This document shows positions 26,551 to 36,900 of a DNA stretch of 64,000 nucleotides, piece by piece; position 1 is the first letter of the stretch; every line of letters starts with the position of its first letter. The notes below the pieces were generated by a model, which was given only the letters and a program-made list of their open reading frames with translations, ran no database searches and had not been told where the DNA came from. The position numbers and the translations under genes were made by a program. This DNA is from Limnochordia bacterium (GTDB lineage: Bacteria > Bacillota > Limnochordia > DTU080). The DNA is taken from contig JBMNJG010000013.1 of assembly GCA_050951545.1 (NCBI GenBank), positions 32,001 through 96,000 on the forward strand, given 5' to 3'.

Positions 26551-26934
26551 TTGTTGTCTGCACTCGGGCTACATGGGATCCTATCACATTACGGTTTCCC
26601 CCGGGTGACAGGCAGCTACGCGCTGAGGCTGATGACCTGGAGAGACTTGGATATACCTCGTGAGCGATCAGATGTCGGTCTTGTCGTTCTTTGGCTTGGT
26701 GGTCGCCTGGTGGAATGCCTATCCCCAGTGAGGATGCACTACAGGAACGAACGCCTGGCGAGGACGCAGGGCCTGCCGAACGGGCTGTATTGCGGGATCT
26801 ACCTTGGAGACGAGCGGGCAGGAGCGTGGAAGATCGGTATACGGGCGGTGGACTCGAGGGAGTGTGATCGTCTCACAGCGTTCATCGATTCGATAGCGGG
26901 CCGTCTTACACCCAAGTTACGACATCGAATTTAG
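26551..26934 (+). pseudogene. Nucleotidyltransferase-fold gene remnant
   Basis: TGSYALRLMTWRDLDI motif; no clear start; appears truncated. Confidence 0.55.
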
Positions 26935-26946
26935 GAGGCCGTACCA

Positions 26947-27633
26947 ATGGCAAACGCCAGTTTCTCTCAGGTAATGGGTAGCATCCAGGGGGCGTTTGAC
27001 TCAGTTCTGCAGCCTAAGGGTTTTCAGGCGCATGAGTATACGTATAACCGGGGCATGGAGGATGGCCTCATCCAGGTGGTCGACATTCAGCTATACCCGT
27101 CGAAGCTTCCGTATCCTGGTTGGGAGAAGTATCGTGCTCGGTTCACGATCAACTTGGGCGTCTATGTTCCCGAGGTAGGTGAGCACTACAGTGCTACCCT
27201 GGCGCAGACCCCGTGGGTTAAGGAGAGCGGCTTAGTTGTAGCACCGCTGGAGCCTTGGGTGCTTGACATCCAGTGCGCTCTGCGGGAACGGATTGGCCAC
27301 GTATCAGAGGATGCTAAAGACATCTGGTGGCCCCTCCGTGAAGACGAGATGATTATCGAGGATGCTCTTTATTACCTTCAGACCTACGGGATTCCCTTTG
27401 TTGAGCACTGGTCCAGTCGAGACAGGATACTGGAGAACTGGGATGAGAACACAGCTAGAGGCATGAACCTGGCACCCAATGTTGTGAAAGCGATCATCTT
27501 GTCAGAAAGGGGCGACATGGAGTCTGCTCGGGTACTGCTGGCGGAGCATGTGCACGAGCTGGATAGTCCGGATTCCGAACACTTTTTTCGGAGGCTCGCC
27601 AAGAGACTGGGGATTTGGAGGCTAGACGGCTAA
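26947..27633 (+). CDS. DUF4304-like protein
   Basis: L.PKGF, IQVVDIQ, FTINLGVYVP, LRERIG; RBS AGGAGG. Confidence 0.7.
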   Translation: MANASFSQVMGSIQGAFDSVLQPKGFQAHEYTYNRGMEDGLIQVVDIQLYPSKLPYPGWEKYRARFTINLGVYVPEVGEHYSATLAQTPWVKESGLVVAPLEPWVLDIQCALRERIGHVSEDAKDIWWPLREDEMIIEDALYYLQTYGIPFVEHWSSRDRILENWDENTARGMNLAPNVVKAIILSERGDMESARVLLAEHVHELDSPDSEHFFRRLAKRLGIWRLDG

Positions 27634-28217
27634 CAAGCTGCCCGCCATGTCACAGGAGGCTATTCGCATACTGGTCTCGAGCTAGCGCCTGGGGTGCTGG
27701 TTGAGGACGCGACAGTGGCCTTGCCCTCATCTGCATGTTAAGCGAAGCGCGTCTTTGATGAGATGCCATCTATATAATAGACAAAACACGTCGATACTAG
27801 TCGGAGGATTCTAGATGGAGTCATCGAAGGAAACTGAGAAGTGATTACCAGGTTTTAATTAGACTCGTTCTCGCGGGGCACATACCATCCGGACTATTTC
27901 GTACAGAATCGGCCGCGGTGAATGCACAAACTGGGCCCGATCCTAAGGCGGTCGAGGAGGTGCGAACTGGTCTGAGGACGGAGGTGAACGCTGCGCGATG
28001 GGAACTCGCCCCTCAGATGCCACAGAGGCTCTCCAGGTGGCGATCGATTCGGGGGTATGGCGCCGCATCGTTTTGTGGTAATAGCTAGGAAAGACGAATA
28101 TCGCGCACACAGGAGTCGGTCTTTGCCGCCCAGGACGTAAGAAACTCTGTTATTCGCAGCTATGGTTCTACCATTCGCATGCACTTCGCATGATCGGGAA
28201 ATAGACAAGAGGGAGAG

Positions 28218-29558
28218 ATGTCAGTGCGCAAGCCCAGTTGGCGATGGGGATGGGCGTTTGCCTTATGTTTGTGTATATTGTTGGCAGCAACACTCGGCGT
28301 CAATGCAGTAAGTAAGGCGAAACTCGAAGTCTATGTCAGAGCTGCGGGCATTGCTGGGGGTACTGCGGCAGAGACAGAATGGGAAAATCAGATGTACGCT
28401 GACTTCCAGGAAAAGCACCCTGATATCACACTCGACTTGATAACCCCAGTAGGTAGTGCTGGGTACTTAGAGAAACTGATCACATTGTGGGCCGTTGGTC
28501 AGCCTCCTGATGTGTGGGACCATGGCGGATTTGTGGCTAGCTACATTGAAAAGGGCTGGCTACTGGACTTGGCCCCCTTCATTCAACGCGAACCTGACCT
28601 AGGCAAAGACTTCTTCCCGGGTGCTTGGCGAGCATATCAGCAAGGCGGCCACGTGTGGGGGATGCCGCATGTATCGATGTCATCTCTGATCTGGTACAAT
28701 GTCGACCTCTTTGAGCAAGCAGGACTGCCGCTGCTCCCCGTTGACTGGGACGATCCCTCGTGGACCTGGGATGCTATGGTCGACTACGCGAAGAGATTGA
28801 CACGACTCACACCTGACGGACGCTTCGAAAGAGCGGGCGTCTCTGTCGGCTTGGGCGGGGGCATAGAAAGCCCCGTCTACTCTAACCTGTGGGGCGGTGA
28901 CTGGTTCGATGAACAGACCCATAGGACAGGGGAACCGCATGTGAGTACCATCGCCAGCCCCGAAAACATCAAGGCCTACGAAAAAGTAGTGGATCTCATT
29001 CAGAACTATGGCGGCAATGTAGCTGGTGGCTACGCTGGTGGCAAGGTGGGCATGGCGGTTCGCACGCCGCTGAACATCGCTGCCACGGCTCGACAAGACG
29101 CGTTTTTCTGCCGTTGGGGTTTTGCACCGATGCCCGCGGGTACGCACCGGGCTGCCGCACTCTATACAGACCCCTGGATGATTAGTAGCCAAACCAAGCA
29201 CCCTGAGGAAGCATGGCTGTTCATCAAGTACATGACCAGTGTGGAAGTGATGAAGAACTACACTGCCTTCGGGTTTGGCCTGGCACCTGTGGCCAGAAGA
29301 TCAGCCATCAAAGGCTACATTGACAGACTTGTGGATGCCTCCGATGCCCAGAATTTCAACCAGATTCTGTCGGTACTATCGGGTGGGCAGGTCTATGGAC
29401 GAGAAGTATATGACCACACCATCGCGGGGTGGGCAGATATCTGGAGGGTAACCCGTGAGGAGTTCCCATTGATGGTTCAGGGGGCCAAGAGCGTACAAGC
29501 TGCCCTTCTGCAGGCACACGATGCAATCACGGCCATCATCAGCGAGCGGAAGCGCTAG
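28218..29558 (+). CDS. ABC sugar-binding protein (extracellular solute-binding family 1)
   Basis: Signal peptide; PPDV, YNVDLFEQAGL, KHPEEAWLFIKY. Confidence 0.9.
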   Translation: MSVRKPSWRWGWAFALCLCILLAATLGVNAVSKAKLEVYVRAAGIAGGTAAETEWENQMYADFQEKHPDITLDLITPVGSAGYLEKLITLWAVGQPPDVWDHGGFVASYIEKGWLLDLAPFIQREPDLGKDFFPGAWRAYQQGGHVWGMPHVSMSSLIWYNVDLFEQAGLPLLPVDWDDPSWTWDAMVDYAKRLTRLTPDGRFERAGVSVGLGGGIESPVYSNLWGGDWFDEQTHRTGEPHVSTIASPENIKAYEKVVDLIQNYGGNVAGGYAGGKVGMAVRTPLNIAATARQDAFFCRWGFAPMPAGTHRAAALYTDPWMISSQTKHPEEAWLFIKYMTSVEVMKNYTAFGFGLAPVARRSAIKGYIDRLVDASDAQNFNQILSVLSGGQVYGREVYDHTIAGWADIWRVTREEFPLMVQGAKSVQAALLQAHDAITAIISERKR

Positions 29559-29811
29559 ACGCTTCGTTACTGGCTATCACACCGCCAGATGTGAGCATGC
29601 GTCTGGCGGTGTGTCGCGCAAGAGGCCGCCGTGGGACGGAGACACCTTCAGTTTCATTAGTAGCGACGCACATTCGCTCAACGTGCCAGCCACCACCCGT
29701 TCTGTGCAAGGGACTATGCCCGAAAACAGCAATGATAAAACAGGTGGAATGGCCTTCTGCAGGTGCCAGTGAGTAGGAGCTCTCTTGCCGCGCGGCATTC
29801 AGCTCACAGGC

Positions 29812-30034
29812 GTGATGCACGCCCTATGTATAACGTGTCCTTGTCGCACGCCTTGCCCTCAGAAGAGCATCGTGCTTCGGCTCGCAGCCCAGAGACCCAG
29901 ATGCACAAAGTCACCGAGGCCCGCAACAACTTGATGTGGAAGGCCGTACGCGACCAGGTGGTACCGAGCAAAAAGACTGCGAAGCAGGTCATCCTGGAAA
30001 TCGCTGAGGCGGTGCGGGCGTTGTGCAAGTAGGG
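29812..30034. repeat. Chimeric diverged copy of 44224..44301 joined to 46003..46152
   Basis: Two colinear matches (offsets 14412 and 16118) joined at a shared CAGCC. Confidence 0.85.
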
Positions 30035-30289
30035 TGCAAGGATCATCTTTCAGATAGCTGTGACTGAGATACGGTACCAGGGCATTGATGTTATCGGAAA
30101 ACAACTCCTGTGAAAGAAGGAAAGGCACTAAGCGACTCGAATGTGACTATTGATGCCTCGTATCCGCTGTGGCCTGCGCCGTTTTCCATGGTGATGCCGA
30201 TATGGTCGCAGGGCGAGCACCTGTCGCCACAGCGCTTCCGGAGATCGCGAGGCGGTGAGCATACCCACATAATGGAGGGACACAAGCCG

Positions 30290-32170
30290 ATGATGAGTCT
30301 GGCCGCCGTAGACTTCACGCGGGTGAGGCTGCAAGATCGGTTTTGGGCACCACGCCTAGAGACAAACCGCAAGGTAACGCTGCCAATCCAGTACAAGCAC
30401 CTTCGGAAGACGGGACGCATCGATGGAATTGACCCTGACCATAAACCAGGCGATCGCACAGCCCATCACATCTTCTGGGACTCCGATGTGGCCAAGTGGA
30501 TGGAGACTGCCGCATACAGCCTGGCCACCCACCCTGATCCCGAGCTCGAGGCCCAACTCGACGAAGTGATTGCCAAGTTCGCCAAGCTCCAGACGTCCGA
30601 GGGATATATCAACAGCTGGTTTACCGCTGTTGAGCCAGAAAAGCGCTGGACTAATCTGCGCGATTGGCATGAGCTGTATTGCGCTGGGCACCTCATGGAA
30701 GCCGCTGTAGCGCACTTCCGTGCCACAGGCAAGCGCGGCTTTCTAGACATGATGTGCCGTTACGCCGACTGCATCGACAGCGTCTTCGGCACCGAGGAGG
30801 GGAAACTGCGCGGCTACCCCGGCCATGAGGAGATAGAGCTGGCACTAGTAAAGCTCTATGACGTTACGGGCGAAAGCCGCTATCTTGAGCTGGCTAAGTA
30901 CTTCGTGGACCAACGTGGCCAGCAACCCCACTACTACGACGAAGAGGCCAGAAAGCGCGGCGATGACCCATCAAAGTGGACTACCGAGCGCTATCGGTAT
31001 AACCAGTCGCACCTGCCAGTGCGGGAGCAGTCTGAGGTTGCTGGTCATGCCGTAAGGGCTATGTATTTGTACTGCGGCATGGCTGATGTGGCCAGAGAAA
31101 CGGCTGATCAGAGTCTGGTTACGGCCTGCAACACGCTCTGGGACGATGTCTGCCTTAAGCATCTTTACATCACTGGAGGAATCGGCCAGTCCAACCGCAA
31201 TGAGGGTTTCACATTCCATTACGACCTGCCTGAGGAGACCGCCTACTGTGAGACCTGCGCGGCGATCGGGTTGGTATTCTGGAACCACCGGCTATTGCAG
31301 TTGCATGGGGAAGCTCGCTTTGCCGACTGCATGGAGCGTGGCCTATACAATGGTACCATCAGCGGCTGGTCGCTTTCGGGAGATCGCTTCCTCTACGTCA
31401 ACCCACTGGCGAGCACGGGGAATCACCATCGACAAGAGTGGTTTGGCTGTGCTTGCTGCCCTGGCAACATCTCGCGTATGTTGGCCAGCGTAGGGCAGTT
31501 CGTGTACTCAGAGAGGGACGACTCTGCCTGGGTGCACTTGTACGCTGAGGGTGAAGGACGGCTCCAGGTGGGAGGTAGACAGGTTACCATTACGCAACAG
31601 ACAGATTACCCCTGGGACGGCACTGTGAAACTCGAACTAGGTCTTGCTGGGCCTCTATCCTTTACTCTAGCTATGCGCATACCAGGCTGGTGTCGCGAGG
31701 TCACCATCATGCTCAACGGCAACCCCGTGGATATCACCTTCATAGTGGAGAAAGGGTACGCCAAGCTGACCCGGGAGTGGCGCGATGGCGACACGATTGA
31801 GCTATGCATGGCTATGCCCGTAGAGCGCGTAAGAGCAAATCCTGCTGTGCGCCAGGCAAACGGCAAGGTGGCACTGCAACGTGGTCCGGTGGTCTATTGC
31901 CTGGAGGAAGTAGACAATCCAGTCGCCCCGCTGAATCGTATTGCGCTACCTAGGGATTCCGTGTTGGAAGCTCGCTACGATGCGGATCTCCTCGGCGGGG
32001 TCATCGTGATCACGGGCGAAGCTGAGGCGATCAAGGCCGATAGTTCTCAGACTTGGCTCTACGGCACGGACGTTCCACAGACCGAGAGCGTGCAGATTAG
32101 GGCGGTTCCGTACGCCGTATGGGATAACCGGGAGCCGGGGCAGATGCTTGTATGGCTGCGCGAGGCCTGA
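30290..32170 (+). CDS. GH127 beta-L-arabinofuranosidase (HypBA1-like)
   Basis: DSDVAKW, HELYCAGH, GHEEIELAL, GHAVR, ETCA, CACCP; RBS GGAGG. Confidence 0.92.
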   Translation: MMSLAAVDFTRVRLQDRFWAPRLETNRKVTLPIQYKHLRKTGRIDGIDPDHKPGDRTAHHIFWDSDVAKWMETAAYSLATHPDPELEAQLDEVIAKFAKLQTSEGYINSWFTAVEPEKRWTNLRDWHELYCAGHLMEAAVAHFRATGKRGFLDMMCRYADCIDSVFGTEEGKLRGYPGHEEIELALVKLYDVTGESRYLELAKYFVDQRGQQPHYYDEEARKRGDDPSKWTTERYRYNQSHLPVREQSEVAGHAVRAMYLYCGMADVARETADQSLVTACNTLWDDVCLKHLYITGGIGQSNRNEGFTFHYDLPEETAYCETCAAIGLVFWNHRLLQLHGEARFADCMERGLYNGTISGWSLSGDRFLYVNPLASTGNHHRQEWFGCACCPGNISRMLASVGQFVYSERDDSAWVHLYAEGEGRLQVGGRQVTITQQTDYPWDGTVKLELGLAGPLSFTLAMRIPGWCREVTIMLNGNPVDITFIVEKGYAKLTREWRDGDTIELCMAMPVERVRANPAVRQANGKVALQRGPVVYCLEEVDNPVAPLNRIALPRDSVLEARYDADLLGGVIVITGEAEAIKADSSQTWLYGTDVPQTESVQIRAVPYAVWDNREPGQMLVWLREA

Positions 32171-32287
32171 ACGCCTCCGGCTGGCCATGTTAGCGGGCAC
32201 CACAGGGAGGTGGTCGACGGCTGGGAGACAGGGATGGGTTGGGGAATACGGTTCTGAGCCTAAGCGAATGAAGACAGGAGGTCTAAC

Positions 32288-33550
32288 ATGTCGAGAAAGG
32301 CTTGGACAACGCTTCTCGCGGTTGTAGCATTTACGGCTCTAGTTCTGGTGGTAGCTCAGGCAAGTGCCAAGACAAAGCTGGTTATGCTCCACTGGGAAGG
32401 CCCGGATACGCCCCTGCAGCAGGGCGTGGAGTTGTTCCAGCAGCTGAACCCCGATATCGAAGTAGAGCTGATGTCTGCCAGCGCCTACACAGACAAGATC
32501 TTCACGATGCACGCCGGTGGCGTTGATTTCGACCTGCTGTATGTGTCTGCTGACGTATACGTTGACTGGGTAAACAAGGGCCTTCTGAAGGATATCACTG
32601 CTTTCCTTGAGAAAGATCCACAGCTCGGGAAGAAAGACTTCTTCCTGCCCATCGAGACTGACCGCTGTGCTGTCAACGGCAGGTGGTATGGTATCGGCTC
32701 TAGCTGGTCCCTGTTCCAGGTCTACTACAACAGAGATGCGTTCGACGCATCAGGTCTCGAGCCTATGCCCAGAACAGCAGAAAAGGCCTGGAGTTGGGAT
32801 CAGTACATCAAGACAGCCCAGAAACTCACCCGAATCAGCGGGCAGACCGTGGAGAGATATGGTGCAGGTAGACCCACCTGGTGGCTGGTGGTGCAGTCCT
32901 TCCTTCTCTCCAATGGAGGCAACATCCTCAACCCCGAAGGCACGCAGTTCCTACTCGACCAGCCAGTTTCGATAGCCGTTCACGAGGCCATCAACGTTGG
33001 GATCAATGAAATGGGCGTCTTTGGGGGTAGCTTCTCAAAGGGTGAGAACGTAATGCATATCGCTGGCTCTTGGTCCACCGGACTAGGGTATGGTGTTAGC
33101 CAGCTCAACTTCTCCGTGGACGAAGGCGTGCTGCCCAAGTTCATCACACCAGCCACTTACGCTCAAGGGCATATCCACTCCATGCACTCGAATACCAAGC
33201 ACCCGGAAGAGGCTTGGCGACTCCTTCGGTTCTTCTCTAGTAACGACTACTTGGGCATGTGGGTGAAAAACGGTGTGTGGCTGCCCACCACGAGGGAGAT
33301 GATGCGTCCGGATGCTTTTGTGAAGTATCATAACCCCAGCTTCATGCCCGAAGGCTACCTAGAGTACGTGATGACATATCTCTATGAGGTTGGCCGGGCT
33401 CGCAAGATGCCAGTAGGTTGGGGTGACGCCCTCAAGGTGTATGAGCAAGGCATTGCTCAGGTATGGAGCGGCGAGAGACCAGTGCGTACCGTCTTATCAG
33501 AGGTCACGCCGCAGATGAACGCCATTCTCAAGGAGCAGCAGGCCAGATAG
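32288..33550 (+). CDS. ABC sugar-binding protein
   Basis: Signal peptide; YYNRDAFD, KHPEEAWRLL; RBS AGGAGG. Confidence 0.9.
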   Translation: MSRKAWTTLLAVVAFTALVLVVAQASAKTKLVMLHWEGPDTPLQQGVELFQQLNPDIEVELMSASAYTDKIFTMHAGGVDFDLLYVSADVYVDWVNKGLLKDITAFLEKDPQLGKKDFFLPIETDRCAVNGRWYGIGSSWSLFQVYYNRDAFDASGLEPMPRTAEKAWSWDQYIKTAQKLTRISGQTVERYGAGRPTWWLVVQSFLLSNGGNILNPEGTQFLLDQPVSIAVHEAINVGINEMGVFGGSFSKGENVMHIAGSWSTGLGYGVSQLNFSVDEGVLPKFITPATYAQGHIHSMHSNTKHPEEAWRLLRFFSSNDYLGMWVKNGVWLPTTREMMRPDAFVKYHNPSFMPEGYLEYVMTYLYEVGRARKMPVGWGDALKVYEQGIAQVWSGERPVRTVLSEVTPQMNAILKEQQAR

Positions 33551-33982
33551 TGAAGTGATCGAAACACCCATTACTGGTGGGTGGGGGTGCTGCGCTGCAC
33601 ACTATGGGCGCAGTGCCCTGTTTTGTGTCTTGAGGTAACGAGGTGAAGGTGTTCTGGGCGTTGTCGATGGTTACGGTACCCGAGCCATCGCCTACAATGC
33701 ACAATACCGCTTGAACCTAGAATACCGCCGTATGATGGCGACATGGCACGTGAGCTTCTTGGCTTTGACCGGATTGCGGAGGCGAAAACGAATCGGGGCA
33801 TGCTTGTTCGCTTGTCAAATAAGGGTTTCTTAGCTGGTCCCAGACGATGTCGATCTCTGTGCAATAGGGGGTGTCAGCGTGGATGTGCGAGGTAACCCAT
33901 AACCCAGTCTTCCCCGCGACGGCCGAAACCTTCAAGGGAAAACGGTCTATTGACAGAAGAAAGCTTCAGGGAGGCGGGCGTC

Positions 33983-36900
33983 ATGGGTGATGCGGGTCAG
34001 GGGAGCATTATCGTTGAGGCTAAAGTCGATCCGGCCGTGAACTATGCCGTTCAGCAAAATGCGGTGGCTGTGATCAAGGGTTTGCGTATCACGAATACAG
34101 GTGTAGACGCTTTGGCCTCATTGCGTGTGGTGATTACGGCGGAGCCCGCCTTTGCCGATTCCTGGGAACAGGCCTTAGAATCCATCGCCGCGGGGGAGAC
34201 CGTGGATCTGGGTGCCATCGATCTTGTACTTTCCCACGATTTTCTATCCCAGCATACAGAAGCTGTGCGGGGGAGTTTTTGCATTCAGGTCATTCATGAT
34301 GGGCAGCAGCTTGGGTGCCAACGGGTGCCCATTGACGTATTGGCCTATGACCAGTGGGGCGGCATGCGGGTGATGCCCGAGCTGTTGGCGGCCTTTGTTA
34401 TGCCCAATCATCCGGCGGTGGAGCAGCTCATTAGACAGGCTAGCGGTATCTTAAAAAGCTGGACTGGAAGCCCGTCTTTTGATGCTTACCAAAGTAAGGA
34501 TCCCGGGCGCGCCCGTATGCAGATGGCGGCTCTGTTCGCCGCGATCAAAAAGCAAGCCATAAGTTATTGTGGTGTCCCAGCTAGTTTTGAAGTGGAAGGG
34601 CAAAAGATCCGCACTCCCGATCGCATTCTGACCACCCGCCTGGGTAACTGCTTGGACCTTTCCACCCTTTTTGCGGCCTGTTTGGAGCAAGTGAATCTGC
34701 ATCCCTTGATCATATTTACGCAAGGGCATGCCTTTGTGGGCGCTTGGCTGATGGATGAATCGTTTGCCGACAGCGCCGTGGATGATCCCCTTGCTGTGCG
34801 CAAGCGAGTGCAGCTGGGAGAGATCTGTCTGGTGGAAAGCACTTTAGCGGTCGACGGCAGCCAGGCTAGCTTTGAAGAAGCCGAGAAAACGGCCATCAGC
34901 CATCTCGATGATCCCAATCAGTTTCTATTCACTTTAGACGTGTTTCGGGCCCGCATCGGCCGCGTGCGGCCCCTACCTTTGCGCCGCCCGACGACTGACG
35001 GAGTTGAAGTGGTCGCTGACCCGCAGGTCGAAGAGCCGGGCAAACCTGAAGAACCTCCTACCGTCGTCGTCAGTCCCCAGCCCGGGATAGAGTCTGGGGG
35101 TGGAGCCACGGCGGCGACTCGCTTAGACAGATGGAAGCGCAAGCTGTTAGATCTGAGCCTGAGAAATCCGCTGATCAATTTCCGCCTAACGCGCAGCATC
35201 GTGCTGGCCCTAGTCACCGATTTGGCTCTGTTGGAGGATCTTTTAGCCGAAGGTCCAGGCCTCACCTTGCATCCTCGCCCCACGGACTGGACCGCTTCCG
35301 AACGCGACCCAGTCACGCATCGCCAACGCACGGGCGAAGATGCCGAACGGGCTCTACTTGACGAGGAGCTACGGCAACGTCGCCTTCACTGTGACCTCGA
35401 CGAAAACGAGATGCCCCGACGACTCGTGGGGCTTTACCGGGCGGCGCGCACGGCTTTGCAGGAGAATGGTGCCAACACGCTCTTTTTGGCCCTGGGGATG
35501 CTGACTTGGTACGAATCTCCAGTTAGCGAGCCGCCGCGCCGGGCGCCCATTTTGTTGCTGCCCGTCGAGTTGCAGCGTCGTTCGGCGCAATCTAGGTTTT
35601 CATTGCGTCGTATCGACGACGAGCCTGTGATCAACGTGACACTGCTGGAGCTCTTGCGCCATGACTTCGGTCTTGACCTTCGAGGGCTTGAGCAACTGCC
35701 CATGGATGACAGCGGCGTGGATGTAGAGGCCGTCTTGAATACTTTTCGTCACGCGGTCAAAGAGATTCCGCGCTGGGAAGTCACCGATAATGTACATCTG
35801 GGCTTGTTTTCGTTCTCCAAGTTTTTGATGTGGCGGGATCTGCAGGAGCGTACTGAAGAGATTCAGCGCAATCGGTTAGTCTCTAGCCTGATCAATTTCC
35901 CAGAAAGCGAGTTTCAACCCGAAGGCAGCTTCCCGCTAGAAGAGCAACTCGACACTCAGTATCCTCCCAATGCGGTCTTAAGCCCTCTAAGTGCCGATAG
36001 TTCGCAACTGGCGGCGGTGATCGCCGCAGGGGAGAATAAGAGTTTTGTGCTGCACGGGCCGCCCGGCACGGGCAAATCGCAGACGATTACGAACATTATC
36101 GCTCATGCCATAGCCCTGGGTAAAACCGTGTTGTTTGTGTCAGAGAAAATGGCCGCCCTCAATGTGGTGCAGCGCCGATTGGAGCAGATTGGGCTGGGAC
36201 CTTTTTGCCTGGAGTTGCACTCCAACAAAAGCCAAAAAAGCGAGGTCATTCGCCAGCTCGGTGAGGCGCTAGCGGCCGAGGGGGAGAGCGTGCACGACAC
36301 CTGGGAGGCAGAGGCGACCAGGCTCTCTCAGGCCCGCCAGGAATTGAACAATTACGTACAGGCTTTACACAAGTCGCGTAACACAGGAGAATCGTTTTTT
36401 ACAGGGTTGAGCAAGCTCATGGCTTTGCGTGATGCCGAGCGCGTGCGGTTAGATCCGCAGATGCTGATGCGTGTCACAGGCGACGATCTCAACCGCATGC
36501 GTGACAGGGTGAAAGATCTTGTGGCCCGGGGGCGAGCCTGCGGGCATCCCCACGCCCATGTCTGGGAAGCCGTAAGGCTTAACACGTGGACACCGCAATT
36601 GCGAGATGACGCCGCGGAGGGCATAGCTCGCCTACAGAAGGCCACGCACGATCTGGAAGCCTGCGCACGTCAGGTTGCCGCGTTTGCTGCTCCAAAGACG
36701 CGCGAGTGGTCGGGGCGGCAGTTAGAAGCGCTGAAAAAACTGGCCCAGCTCTTTCTTTCCAAATCAACTCAAGCCCCTAGCCTGATCGCCACCATCGATT
36801 GGGAGGATACACGCCAGGCTCTTATGCGCTGGATCGCTCACGGTAAAGAGCGTGATGCGCTGCGCACGAAACTGTACGAGCGTTATACGGAGCGTCTGCT

